DNA of 64,000 bases. Origin: Candidatus Woesearchaeota archaeon (GTDB lineage: Archaea; Nanobdellota; Nanobdellia; Pacearchaeales; GW2011-AR1). The DNA is taken from positions 86,602 to 150,601 of the forward strand of contig CAYLOQ010000001.1 in NCBI GenBank assembly GCA_964385425.1, given 5' to 3'. Made by a program: the position numbers and the translations under genes. This document shows, piece after piece, positions 1 to 10,360 of this stretch (position 1 is the first letter of the stretch; each line of letters begins with the position of its first letter). A model generated the notes under the pieces. That model did no database searches and was not told where the DNA came from. It saw only the letters and a program-made list of their open reading frames with translations.

Positions 1-696
1 GAGTTTATTGCTGAGGATTTGAGGCGTTGAAATCTCCTGATACTCAAAATCCTTCAATAGATCTCTCATAAACTGTATCAGTTCGTTGTATATTATGAAT
101 CCGTTATTGTGCCAGAAAACAGAACCAGGAGCAACTTCATTAAAAGAAAAAAGATCCATGTCTTGTCCGATAATTCTGTGATCGTAAAGCTTTAACTTAG
201 ATCTATCCAAAATATTCTTTCCAATACTCCTCAACAAATTTTTGTGATCAATCTTTTCATCCTTTTCCTCTTCAACCCTTATTTCCCTGCTCAACTCACT
301 CAAGGGATGCCCTTTAACTTTTAATTCAAACTCCTTATAATACCCAAACGGTGCTTTCACAACCTTGTAATTTTTCTTCAAGGTTTTCTCTGCTTTATCC
401 AAAACAGCAACAGCAACATCCGGGGCAGCCAGATTACTAGAAAGGTGGGCATAGGGATAGAGAACAATCTTCCCTCTTGTTTTAATACCCACTTGTTTTG
501 CAATGTCTTCTATGTTCTCAACAAGTTTTTTTACAGAACTCACGGTATCTCCTTTCTCAACAGCTGTCAGCACAACAAGAGATTCCCGAACCTTCTTCCC
601 TTTTTTCTCTATGCCAGTCAAATCCGCAGTTTTCTTCAATGCTTTTTTCAACGGCTTAAAATTAATATAGTCAACGTGCAAACCCAAAATTTTCAT
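1..696 (-). CDS. thrS: Threonyl-tRNA synthetase, 5' part (runs off the left edge)
   Basis: Hand translation from ATG at 696, open to base 1 in the segments checked: MKILGLHVDY...LYPYAHLS...APFGYYK...KGHPLSELSR (archaeal editing domain), then DHRIIGQDMDLFSFNEVAPGSVFWHNNG...YQEISTPQI (start of class II catalytic domain). Not in ORF track. Confidence 0.92.
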   Translation of the reverse strand, partial: MKILGLHVDYINFKPLKKALKKTADLTGIEKKGKKVRESLVVLTAVEKGDTVSSVKKLVENIEDIAKQVGIKTRGKIVLYPYAHLSSNLAAPDVAVAVLDKAEKTLKKNYKVVKAPFGYYKEFELKVKGHPLSELSREIRVEEEKDEKIDHKNLLRSIGKNILDRSKLKLYDHRIIGQDMDLFSFNEVAPGSVFWHNNGFIIYNELIQFMRDLLKDFEYQEISTPQILSNKL

Positions 697-726
697 ATCT
701 AATTAAAAGAAGATGATTTTATAAAA

Positions 727-1860
727 TTAATCTTTATACAGAAACTTACTAATCTGCCCTCTTGCTTTCTCCCTTCTCTTCTGATGTTCTTTCAAGAAAG
801 TATTTATCTTTTTTATCAAGATTTCCTTCAGCTCAGAGGTCAAAAGTTTTCCCGACTTGTAATCGTCATAAATCTTTTTGAGTTTTTTATCATTAGGTTC
901 AAAAAACATCCTCAAATATTGGAAGGAAACATCTACTTCCGGGTCTCCACCTTTTTCTCTATGTTCTTTCATATTCTCTCTTCCTCCTGAGAAAGCATAC
1001 CTCCTTATCTTCCTTTCAACTTCTTCCGGAGAATCTGTAGTCCAAACAGTGGCCTTGCTCTCGTTAGAAGCAGACATCTTGCCTTTTGGTCCTGTTAAGG
1101 GGGGGAGGAAAACATTATGAAGAATGGCTGGTTTGTAATAACCTAATTTTGGCATAACATCTCTAGATATCCTGAAATGAGTATCCTGATCAACACCCAA
1201 AGGAATTAGACAAGGAATCTTTCTTTTCTTTAATACACTGGGAAGAAAAGCAGGAACTGCCTGCATGCTGGTATAAAAGATGCTTCCTATATTCTGGCTA
1301 TCAGAAAATCCAAAACTAGATTTTATTGTTGAAAAGGTAATTTTCTTTGCAACCCTACAGGCTTCCCTATACATCAACCCTGCGTGCTCTGTATCGACAA
1401 GAAAATGTGTCTTTTTTGGATCAAAGCCAATAGCAATAACATCTAACATATCTTCATACGTGGCTTTTTTTGTATCTTCTAAAGTCAATTCTTTCTTATA
1501 CAAAAATTTTTCTTCATCTGGGAATTGAAACCACATCTCAGCTCCAAATTTATCTTGCAACCACTTACACATAATCCAAGGGATTAGATGCCCTATATGT
1601 ACCTTGCTTCCTTTCGAAGAAGCCCTTCCTGTATAGAGAAAAAACTTATTTCCCTTCTCATACTCATCCATTAACCAATTCAAATCCCTGTGGGAAAAAA
1701 ACACCTTTCTTCTCAAGAATAAGTGCAAATCCTTCGTGTGCTTTTCTAACCTTTTCAAGAGAGCGTCATCTAGCTTGGAAACCCCAAATTCTTTTATTAG
1801 TTTTTCATAATCAACATTCCCTGTAACTCTGTAAGGAGTGACCTCCATCACTTTTTTCAT
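727..1860 (-). CDS. trpS: Tryptophanyl-tRNA synthetase (archaeal/eukaryal type)
   Basis: VTPY..GNVDYEKLIKEFG, LYTGR, HIGH, DQD.HFR, KMSAS, AFSGG motifs. Confidence 0.96.
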   Translation of the reverse strand: MKKVMEVTPYRVTGNVDYEKLIKEFGVSKLDDALLKRLEKHTKDLHLFLRRKVFFSHRDLNWLMDEYEKGNKFFLYTGRASSKGSKVHIGHLIPWIMCKWLQDKFGAEMWFQFPDEEKFLYKKELTLEDTKKATYEDMLDVIAIGFDPKKTHFLVDTEHAGLMYREACRVAKKITFSTIKSSFGFSDSQNIGSIFYTSMQAVPAFLPSVLKKRKIPCLIPLGVDQDTHFRISRDVMPKLGYYKPAILHNVFLPPLTGPKGKMSASNESKATVWTTDSPEEVERKIRRYAFSGGRENMKEHREKGGDPEVDVSFQYLRMFFEPNDKKLKKIYDDYKSGKLLTSELKEILIKKINTFLKEHQKRREKARGQISKFLYKD

Positions 1861-1994
1861 GTTTTCTTAAGGATAAACCATCTTTTAAATATTATCAATC
1901 AGTCATGAACCAAACTCAAAGGAAAATCGAAAAAAACCATTGGTTGTTTTCAACGTCCAAATATTTATAAATAACCAGAGTTTTATTTATTAAA

Positions 1995-3995
1995 ATGGGG
2001 AAAATAATATTTTTTTTGGCTTTTATGTTTCTTTTGACACAATTTACATCTGCAGAGATAATAATTAATCAACAACCAAAAGAAATCTATAGTTTAGGGG
2101 ACATAATCCCTGTTCCTGCAACAGTAAAATCAATAACAGACGTATCTGGAATTTTCCAGATGAATCTAATATGTGACGGACATGAGATAAATTTTTATAA
2201 AAACGGCATTAGTCTGTCTTCAGGAGAAGAAAAAAGATTAGAACCCTCTTTAGTCCTCACTAGAAACGTAATCGGAGAACTCAAGGGAACATGCAAGATA
2301 AAATCCCTCTTAGGAGAAGATTTTACTCTAACGAACGAGTTTAAAATTTCAGATTTAATCAACATCCAAGCAACCTTAGAAAAGCCAGAATTTAATCCTG
2401 GAGAATATCTTGTAATTGAAGGTGATGCTCTAAAAGAGAATGGGGGGGACGTTAATGGGTTTATAGAATTATCAATTATTCAAGGAAACAATTCAATATT
2501 GAACCAATTAGGAACCATAAATAATGGCTTCTTCTCGATAAATGTTACGTTGCCAAATGAGATGGGGGCAGGGGCCTATTTCTTAAGGTTAGATGCCCAC
2601 GAAGAAGACCTGGGAGGAGAAATTACTAACAAAGGTCCCACAACCTTAAACCTAATGATAAAACAAGTTCCCACAAGTCTAGAAGTGTTGCTCGAAGATT
2701 CAAACGTTGAACCCGGAACAGATTTAAGAGTCAAAGCTATCCTCCATGACCAGACAGGTGAAAAAATAGAATCTACCTCATTCCTAACTATAAAAGACAC
2801 GAATGATAAAATCCTTGAACAAGTGGAAAGACCAACAGATGAATTCTTAGAATTTCTGGTCGCATATAACGAACAACCCGGAGAATGGACTGTATTTGCA
2901 GTCTCAAATAAACTCACAGGAGAGGCAAGCGTAGAAATATTAGAAAAAGAAGATGTAAAAATAGAGATAATAAACAAAACAATAACAATAACAAATATTG
3001 GAAACGTCCCTTACAACAAGACGGTTTTGGTAAAAATTGGCAACGAATCCCTGAACATAGATGTGTTTCTAAAGGTGGATGATGACCAAAAATATACGTT
3101 AAGTGCACCTGATGGAAAATACGATGTAGAAGTAATAGCTGAAGAAGGAAGTGCACTAGAAAATGTTGCGTTAACAGGGAAAAGCATAGATATAAAAAAA
3201 GCCTCTAACAGGGTGGTAAGTCTAGTTAAATATCCATTGGTGTGGATTTTCATAATAGCTGTCATGGGATTTGTAATATTCCTAGTTTTTAAGAAAGGAT
3301 ACAAAAAAAGTTTTATAGGGCATATGGGCTCTAAAATCCCAAAGAGGAAAAATGGAGAAAATAGTTTACCTTTAAAAAAAAATTCATTAGTCCAGACAAA
3401 GAGTAAAGCAGAAATCTCTCTATCTATAAAAGGAGATAAACAAAATACGAGTCTGGTTACCTTTAAGGTAAAAAATCTTAAAGAGATACAATCTAAGAAA
3501 AATCAGGCAGAAGAAACAATTCAAAAAATAGTAAAGATTGCAGAAGAGAGCAAGGCAGCAGTTTATGAGAGCTATAACGAGATATTTTTCATCGTTTGTC
3601 CAACAAAAACAAGAACCTTTAGGAACGAAAAAATAGCCCTGAATCTGGCACAAAAAATAAAAGGGATTTTGGACAACCACAACAAAGTATTCAAACAAAA
3701 AATAGAATTTGGGATTTCATTAAATTATGGAACCATAATCGCAAAACAGGAAAAAGACGTATTGAAATTTATGAGCCTGGGAACCCTGATGACTACTGCA
3801 AAGAAAATCTCTTCTCTATCCAAGAACAATGTTTTGTTGAGTGAGAAAATGAACGACAGGCTTAGATCTGAAGTAAAAACAACAAAACATAAAGAAGGGA
3901 AGATTCCCGTCTATTCTATAAAAGAGATAAAAAACACTGAAGAGAACAAGAAATTTGTTCGAAGTTTTTTAGATAGAATTGAAGGTAAGAAATAA
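1995..3995 (+). CDS. Single-pass membrane protein: signal peptide, beta-rich ectodomain, TM helix, degenerate class III nucleotidyl cyclase-like C-terminal domain
   Basis: Hydrophobic N-terminus; TM LVWIFIIAVMGFVIFLVF; C-terminal FGISLNYGTIIA...LGTLMTTAKKIS...VLLSE pattern. Confidence 0.65.
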   Translation: MGKIIFFLAFMFLLTQFTSAEIIINQQPKEIYSLGDIIPVPATVKSITDVSGIFQMNLICDGHEINFYKNGISLSSGEEKRLEPSLVLTRNVIGELKGTCKIKSLLGEDFTLTNEFKISDLINIQATLEKPEFNPGEYLVIEGDALKENGGDVNGFIELSIIQGNNSILNQLGTINNGFFSINVTLPNEMGAGAYFLRLDAHEEDLGGEITNKGPTTLNLMIKQVPTSLEVLLEDSNVEPGTDLRVKAILHDQTGEKIESTSFLTIKDTNDKILEQVERPTDEFLEFLVAYNEQPGEWTVFAVSNKLTGEASVEILEKEDVKIEIINKTITITNIGNVPYNKTVLVKIGNESLNIDVFLKVDDDQKYTLSAPDGKYDVEVIAEEGSALENVALTGKSIDIKKASNRVVSLVKYPLVWIFIIAVMGFVIFLVFKKGYKKSFIGHMGSKIPKRKNGENSLPLKKNSLVQTKSKAEISLSIKGDKQNTSLVTFKVKNLKEIQSKKNQAEETIQKIVKIAEESKAAVYESYNEIFFIVCPTKTRTFRNEKIALNLAQKIKGILDNHNKVFKQKIEFGISLNYGTIIAKQEKDVLKFMSLGTLMTTAKKISSLSKNNVLLSEKMNDRLRSEVKTTKHKEGKIPVYSIKEIKNTEENKKFVRSFLDRIEGKK

Positions 3996-3998
3996 AAA

Positions 3999-4611
3999 TT
4001 ATTTTTTAATTATCTTTTTAATTTCTTCAATATAATCCTTCCGATTACCAATACTAACAACTGGAAATCCATATTTCTCTGCTTCTTTTTTTTATATATT
4101 TGTTGAAAGAAACAACCCATTCAACTTCTTTCTCTTTTACATCATCAGGATATTTACTAGCAGTATCCCATAATCCCTTGGTAAAAATATTTTTCCCCAC
4201 TCTCTCTATATCCTCGTCTACTAGGAACAAAACTTTAATATTGTCCTTATTTTTGACAAATTTAAAGACTAGATGTGGTAATATAGCAACACCCTCAATA
4301 ATATAAGAGTCCCAGACATGATCTGTCTCTAATACCTCCTTAACACCCTTCCACACATCGGTACTTTCTTCGTTAGCAATTTTAACTATCTCTTCACAAG
4401 TATTTTTGTTTAAAAAATCCACACCCATTTCTGGTGTAGCTTCAGCATGTAGAAATAATGCTGGATAATCTTTCTTCCTAACTATCTCTCTCATTTGTTC
4501 CCTAATTGTATCTGTAGAAATCCAGGGCATTTTAAGTTTTTCTGCGATTTTCCTTGCAGTATAACTTTTTCCTGCAGTTGGAGATCCACCAATTAAGATT
4601 ATTTTCCCCAT
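3999..4611 (-). CDS. P-loop NTPase (2-phosphoglycerate-kinase-like) with an apparent 1-nt frameshift near the 3' end
   Basis: ILIGGSPTAGKS, ISTDTIRE, IIEGV. As given the ORF stops at 4054; removing one base from the T8 run 4086-4093 gives ...IKKEAEKYGFPVV...KKIIKK* ending at 3999. Confidence 0.7.
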
Positions 4612-4652
4612 GAAAATTTAAATCAGCCATGTTTAAATTATTATCTAAAGAA

Positions 4653-5468
4653 TCACTTCCTATTACTGCTCTGCACCTCATTTCTAACTATCTGTCTAAC
4701 GTCTTTTCTTGAAAGCTTTTTCTTTATAGATTCTAAATTCAAAAGCCTAAGAGCTATTCCAGAACCAAAAATCAATAAACCAACAATAAAAACAATCCAA
4801 AATACGTTTCCAGATTTGTTAAAGAAAAATGAGACAAATTCTAGAGAAGATTGCCCTGCTATAATAGAAGAGAGACCTCCTAACTTTAAAAGAGGCAGGG
4901 ATGAAAGCGCTAATAAACCCCCAAAAATTATGGGAAAATTCATTTTTTGCTCTGTTAAGAAGGGGATTAATATGATTAAGACTATAGATACGAGGATGGA
5001 GAAATAAAATTTCTCTTTCCAGTAATCTTTTGCTTTTTCAGAAACCAAAAATAAAGGCAAAGATTCTTTTCCAAAACAATCCCAAAAGCCACAGTCATAT
5101 TCTTTGTAATATGTCTGTTCTATTATAGAATCAATACCTTGCTCAACAAAAGTTTCTAGGGGTTCATTCACCAGATCACAAGAAACTGTAAAATTATATC
5201 TCCCTTCACTAAAAACATACGCTGTATTATTTTGGCAGTAATCTTGCATAATTTCTCTGGCTTCTTCTAAATCCTCTGTTAAATTAAAATCACCCACTAT
5301 GGAACTTGTTTGGTCGTCTACAAATTCCTGTACAATTGGCACTAAACCAGATTTAACATTATCATACTGTAGAGATGTAGATAAAACCAAAAAAACATTT
5401 CCCAATAGAAGAGACAAGAATAGTAAGATGCCAACAATAACCAACAAACCTCCTCTAAAAAAACTCAT
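4653..5468 (-). CDS. Multi-pass membrane protein with a Cys-containing loop
   Basis: 271-aa ORF, N-terminal TM and about 4 C-terminal hydrophobic segments. Confidence 0.75.
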   Translation of the reverse strand: MSFFRGGLLVIVGILLFLSLLLGNVFLVLSTSLQYDNVKSGLVPIVQEFVDDQTSSIVGDFNLTEDLEEAREIMQDYCQNNTAYVFSEGRYNFTVSCDLVNEPLETFVEQGIDSIIEQTYYKEYDCGFWDCFGKESLPLFLVSEKAKDYWKEKFYFSILVSIVLIILIPFLTEQKMNFPIIFGGLLALSSLPLLKLGGLSSIIAGQSSLEFVSFFFNKSGNVFWIVFIVGLLIFGSGIALRLLNLESIKKKLSRKDVRQIVRNEVQSSNRK

Positions 5469-5505
5469 GGAAGATAAAAGGGGGAACGATTTATAAAAGT
5501 TGAGA

Positions 5506-5886
5506 TTAATGATTTCTTCTTAGAAGTTCTACAGCCTCTTTTCTACTTATATCCAAAACCCTCTTTAGACAGGCTGTTGCAGTCTCATCTCCTTGCTTAT
5601 CCGTGCTCAAATTAACGCTTCTGGTTTTCCCATCATGACTTATAGTTATTATTCTACATGATCTGTGTAAATTACCTCCCCTATTATTCTTTGCTGTCCT
5701 ACCCTTATGGGTTCTAGACATAAAAAAAATGCCTTCTAATCCCTTAGAACATGTCAAGGAGAAATTTGAAGGAATTCTTGAAAAAGAATATTGAAAAGAT
5801 GGATTCAAAAGATAATTAAAAGTATCTAAAGCCTTTTCATAAAATCTCGAAAATCTTTCTGTAAAACGGTTCGTTGGATATTTCAT
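5506..5886 (-). CDS. Hypothetical protein (start uncertain)
   Basis: 126-aa ORF filling the intergenic space. Confidence 0.5.
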   Translation of the reverse strand: MKYPTNRFTERFSRFYEKALDTFNYLLNPSFQYSFSRIPSNFSLTCSKGLEGIFFMSRTHKGRTAKNNRGGNLHRSCRIITISHDGKTRSVNLSTDKQGDETATACLKRVLDISRKEAVELLRRNH

Positions 5887-5994
5887 GATGAATCTATAAT
5901 AATTTTATTTTTAAATTTTTAGTTGATTTAGTATATATTAAATTTAAGGGGGGGTGAGGAAAACCTTTATTAACAATAATTATTTTTATTAAAT

Positions 5995-8808
5995 ATGGGA
6001 GAAGGGGAAGGGGCTAAAGAGAAAAATGACGTTAAAAAAGATAAAGAATTCAAGAATAAGATAGATTTTATCGCATGGTTTTCTGAGTTAAATAAAGGCT
6101 CTGGAAACATTGCGGGTGGGAAAGGGGCAAATCTTGCAGAAATTTATAATTTAAAGATTCCTGTTCCTCCTGGATTCGTGGTTACAGCACAAGCCTATGA
6201 TTATTTTATAAAAAAAGCAGGGCTGAATGAAAAAATAAAATCCCTCTTGTCAGACATAAGCTACGAAAATACAGAGCAATTGAACAAGAGAACAGAAGAA
6301 ATAAGAAAACTTATCGAGGGATCAAAGTTCCCACAAGAAATGCAGGAAGAAATATTTGAAGCGTACGAAAATCTAAACACTGAAGAATCTAAAATCAAAG
6401 GGGTATCTGCTTTGGATGTTCTTAAAAAATCTCCGGAATCTTTATTCGTTGCTGTCAGAAGCAGCGCAACCACAGAAGACCTAGCAGAAGCCAGCTTTGC
6501 AGGACAACAGGAAACGTTCTTAAATGTAAAGGGAAAATTCGAATTACTAAAATTCATAAAAAAATGCTTCTCTTCCCTCTTCACTCCAAGAGCGACATAT
6601 TACAGAAACAAGAAGGGATTCAAACACGAAGGAGCCAGCCTTGCAGTCATTGTGCAAAAAATGGTGGATTCTGAAAAATCAGGGGTTAGTTTCTCGAAAG
6701 ATCCTACTCAAAAGAGGGATGATGTATTGATAGAGGCTGTCTTTGGACTAGGAGAGGGAATTGTCTCTGGAAAGATTACTCCAGACAAATATTTAGTTTC
6801 TAAAGAACTAGATATTTTAGAAAAAAAAGCAGCAGACAAAAAAATTGCAATAACTAGAGATTCTGGAGGAAATAAAGAAGTAGTGAAATTAAAAGAAGAG
6901 ATATCTAAACGCCTTGTATTGAAAGATTACGAAGTAAAAAAGATCGCAGAAATATCTCTAAAATTAGAAGAGCACTATCAAAAACCACAAGACATAGAAT
7001 TTGCGATAGAAGGGGGGAATATCTACATAGTCCAAACAAGACCAATAACAACCCTTGAAAAAAGAATTAGTGCAGGGGATATAAAAGAACTTAAGGGAGA
7101 AGTTGTACTGACAGGGCTACCAGCTTCACCAGGAATTGGTTCTGGAAAAATAAAAATTATAAGAGGCATGGAAGACTTGAAAAAAATAAGTCAAGGAGAT
7201 GTTTTGGTAACAGAGATGACAAATCCTGATATGGTAGTTACAATGCAAAAATCTGCAGCAATTGTCACAGACGAGGGTGGCCTCACCGCACACGCAGCAA
7301 TTGTTTCTCGCGAAATGGGAATTCCTGCAGTGGTGGGAACTCAGGAAGCCACCACCAAGTTAAAAGAAGGGGAAGTAATAACTGTCGATGGTTTCACAGG
7401 AAAGATTTACAAAGGAAAGGTAGCAGAAACAGTACAGAAAGAAGTCCTTCCTGTTGATGTAGAAACAAAGACAGAGATAAAAGTAATCGTCGATCTTCCG
7501 AATTTTGCAGAACGGGCAGCTAAAACAAAACTAAAAAAGGTTGGTTTAACGAGAATTGAAGGAATAATTGCAGAATCAGAAAAACACCCAGAGTATTTCC
7601 TAGAAAAAAACAAGATGAAAGATTACGAAGAAATAATCTTTAAAGGTGTTAAAAAAATATCCCAATATTTCGAAGAAATATGGGTTAGAACTTCAGACAT
7701 AAGGAGTGATGAATTTCAGGATTTGGAAGGGGCACCAAAAGAAATAGAAGCAAACCCCATGCTGGGCATGCATGGAATAAGATACGGAATAAAAAATCCA
7801 GAAGTGCTCAAGGCAGAACTAATAGCACTCAAAAGAGTTTCAGAAGAAGGAAAAAAGATTGGTCTTTTATTGCCTCAAATAATTTCTGTAGATGAGGTAA
7901 AAAAAGTAAAAGAATTTGTAAAAGAGGTTGATTTTCTAGAGGCAAAAATCGGGATCATGATTGAAACCCCTGCCGCGGTTCAGATAATCAGAGAACTCTG
8001 TGATGAAGGAATAGATTTTATCTCTTTTGGCACCAATGATCTTACACAATATATACTGGCCGTAGACAGGGGAAACGAACAAGTACAACACATCTATGAT
8101 GAGATGAATCCTGCAATCTTGTACCAACTGGAGTTTGTATTAAGGGCCTGTAAAAGAAGCAATATAGAAACCAGCATCTGTGGTCAAGCGGGAAGTAAAA
8201 AAGAAATGGTCAAATTTTTAGTAGAAAGGGGGATAAACAGTATAAGTGTAAATGCAGATGTTGCAAGTGAGATAGCAAAGTATGTCGCAGAACTTGAGGG
8301 GAACAAAAATAGTGGTTCCGCACCTCCTATAGATAAAGAGTCACCTCCCATGAATAAAGAGCCAGAAGAGGATTTTGTAAAACCCCAACATATCAAGGAA
8401 CCAGAAAGTGAAGAACAACCAGAGATTACCAAAAATGAAGAAACTGCTAATAGACCAGAAAAAGGTGATAAGGGTGATGATGGATTAGAAAATAAAAATC
8501 AATCCGATCCTTCTGGAGAGCCAAAAAAAGAAATCCCAGAAGAAGAACTTCCAAAAATCCCTGGAACAGAAAATCTTCAGGAAAAGGATGAAGAAGGAAC
8601 AGACGAAGAAATAAAAGAAGAAAAAGAAACATCTGAAGAAATAGTCAAAGATATTGAGGGAAGTGGTGTTCCTGAAAAGATAGCTGAGAAAGAAGAAGAG
8701 CTTGATGAAAAATCCACAGAGGAACAAACCCAAGAACAACATCAAGAGCCGGTTAAAGAAGAATCAAAATCTGAAGAAAAAAATGAAGAAGTTTTGGACA
8801 TTTTCTAA
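5995..8808 (+). CDS. ppsA: Phosphoenolpyruvate synthase with long acidic C-terminal tail
   Basis: GGKGANL, VAVRSSATTED, SFAGQ, phospho-His GGLTAHAAIVSRE, NPMLG, MIETP, SFGTNDLTQ, SICGQ. Confidence 0.95.
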   Translation: MGEGEGAKEKNDVKKDKEFKNKIDFIAWFSELNKGSGNIAGGKGANLAEIYNLKIPVPPGFVVTAQAYDYFIKKAGLNEKIKSLLSDISYENTEQLNKRTEEIRKLIEGSKFPQEMQEEIFEAYENLNTEESKIKGVSALDVLKKSPESLFVAVRSSATTEDLAEASFAGQQETFLNVKGKFELLKFIKKCFSSLFTPRATYYRNKKGFKHEGASLAVIVQKMVDSEKSGVSFSKDPTQKRDDVLIEAVFGLGEGIVSGKITPDKYLVSKELDILEKKAADKKIAITRDSGGNKEVVKLKEEISKRLVLKDYEVKKIAEISLKLEEHYQKPQDIEFAIEGGNIYIVQTRPITTLEKRISAGDIKELKGEVVLTGLPASPGIGSGKIKIIRGMEDLKKISQGDVLVTEMTNPDMVVTMQKSAAIVTDEGGLTAHAAIVSREMGIPAVVGTQEATTKLKEGEVITVDGFTGKIYKGKVAETVQKEVLPVDVETKTEIKVIVDLPNFAERAAKTKLKKVGLTRIEGIIAESEKHPEYFLEKNKMKDYEEIIFKGVKKISQYFEEIWVRTSDIRSDEFQDLEGAPKEIEANPMLGMHGIRYGIKNPEVLKAELIALKRVSEEGKKIGLLLPQIISVDEVKKVKEFVKEVDFLEAKIGIMIETPAAVQIIRELCDEGIDFISFGTNDLTQYILAVDRGNEQVQHIYDEMNPAILYQLEFVLRACKRSNIETSICGQAGSKKEMVKFLVERGINSISVNADVASEIAKYVAELEGNKNSGSAPPIDKESPPMNKEPEEDFVKPQHIKEPESEEQPEITKNEETANRPEKGDKGDDGLENKNQSDPSGEPKKEIPEEELPKIPGTENLQEKDEEGTDEEIKEEKETSEEIVKDIEGSGVPEKIAEKEEELDEKSTEEQTQEQHQEPVKEESKSEEKNEEVLDIF

Positions 8809-8954
8809 ATTATTTTAAAAAATAAATATTATATATCTATTGTAGGATATTATTCACAATTTTGTCAATACATATGTTATTTTACCCCACATATATGGAT
8901 AGATAAGTTTAAATAAAAGAGCAACCTTAAAAAGAAAAGAGATGATTGAAAAAC

Positions 8955-9176
8955 ATGGCAACAAGAATTGATTACGTCGGTTTGGCGGGAGATTTGAAAG
9001 CATTTGTTAATAATTCTACTGTGAAGTTTGCCAACGACGATTTAAGAACTAAATTATTTTCTTCTAATGATTCTGATTTTTTAAGGGTTATTAAAACAAT
9101 AGGTTCAAATACAACGATAGTGAGTATAGATCTTGTTGATGATAATTTTGTTAGAAAAGCTGTGTTGGGTGAATGA
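8955..9176 (+). CDS. Small hypothetical protein, possible partner of the downstream PIN-like gene
   Basis: ATG at 8955, 73 aa, stop 1 nt before the next ATG. Confidence 0.5.
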   Translation: MATRIDYVGLAGDLKAFVNNSTVKFANDDLRTKLFSSNDSDFLRVIKTIGSNTTIVSIDLVDDNFVRKAVLGE

Positions 9177-9177
9177 A

Positions 9178-9633
9178 ATGCCTTCTTTCCAGTTTGAAGC
9201 AAGATTAGTTTTTGATGAACATTTCTATAATAAAATTATAAAAACAAATCCTGAACTACTTACAAAATTAATGTATATCAATTCTTGTTCATTAGGTCAT
9301 AAAAGAGTCTCAAATATAATGTCTAAGGGAATTTTTTTAAAAATTTTGAATAATAATCCATCAATGCCAAGGTCATTGTTAAGATCTTCTTTCTATGATA
9401 TTGAATTGGTAGAACTTGAAGTAATAAGTGATGAAATAGAGAGAGTAATAAAGTATGCTATACACATAACTTCAGAATCTCCCTACAAATCTATAATTCT
9501 AACTTCTGACGATATTAAGGAGAAATATGAAAATAATCCCCATCGTCAAGGTGTTGAAGAAATAAGTGTAATATCTGGTGAAAAAGCAATGGAATTGATT
9601 GAAAAATATTGGAGAGAATGCACAGACAGGTAG
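9178..9633 (+). CDS. PIN-fold-like protein
   Basis: N-terminal strand RLVFD and later IILTSD, spacing typical of PIN domains; ATG at 9178. Confidence 0.5.
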   Translation: MPSFQFEARLVFDEHFYNKIIKTNPELLTKLMYINSCSLGHKRVSNIMSKGIFLKILNNNPSMPRSLLRSSFYDIELVELEVISDEIERVIKYAIHITSESPYKSIILTSDDIKEKYENNPHRQGVEEISVISGEKAMELIEKYWRECTDR

Positions 9634-9745
9634 TTACACTGTTTCTAATAAATGGGTTTAATCTTACAAGATATTTAGCTATTTTTCCAAACATTTTCTA
9701 GATATATTTGATTAAATTTATAAATAAGAAATCCTTATATGGGGT

Positions 9746-10360
9746 ATGGCTAAAAAAGCTGCTTCTAAAAAAAGGAAAACGACAAAAAAGAAAGTTAATA
9801 AATCTAAAAAAAGGAAAACGACAAAAAAGAGGAGAACAACTAGAATAAGATACGAATCAGTCAAAGAAATTAAGGTGGAAAGAGCCTTGGTAGAAAACTT
9901 TGTTGGTTTACAAAAAGTGATGGTGGGTCTCTCTGCCAAATTTGATAATCTCGCACACCAGATATCAAAACTGTTGGAGTTATTTGAAATTTCTGCAAAA
10001 GCACTTGCAAGAAAAGAATTTGGTATAGAAGGGAGTAAAGATAGTAAAAAAATAATGGAAAAACTAGATAATCTATCTGAAAAAGCCGGATTGATAGGGA
10101 AGGGATTGGCATTGATACACGAATCAGGTCAAGGCCTGCCTCCGCAACATAAAACAGGAGAGATTCCAGAACAGAGAGAAATGACTCAAATAAGGAGGCC
10201 ACCAATGGCTCCGGGAACCCCTATGGCCCAAAGAACCCCACAAAAAACAGCTCTAAAAAGTCCTGAAATGTCAGGATACCAGAAATCAATAACCTCTACT
10301 TCTGAACATAAAAAAACAAGAGAAGTTTCTGAAGAAGAACATGATCAAACAAACTTCTAA
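9746..10360 (+). CDS. Hypothetical protein with basic N-terminus, coiled coil and Pro-rich tail
   Basis: K/R-rich first 35 aa; ALVENFVGLQKVM...LLELFE helical region. Confidence 0.75.
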   Translation: MAKKAASKKRKTTKKKVNKSKKRKTTKKRRTTRIRYESVKEIKVERALVENFVGLQKVMVGLSAKFDNLAHQISKLLELFEISAKALARKEFGIEGSKDSKKIMEKLDNLSEKAGLIGKGLALIHESGQGLPPQHKTGEIPEQREMTQIRRPPMAPGTPMAQRTPQKTALKSPEMSGYQKSITSTSEHKKTREVSEEEHDQTNF

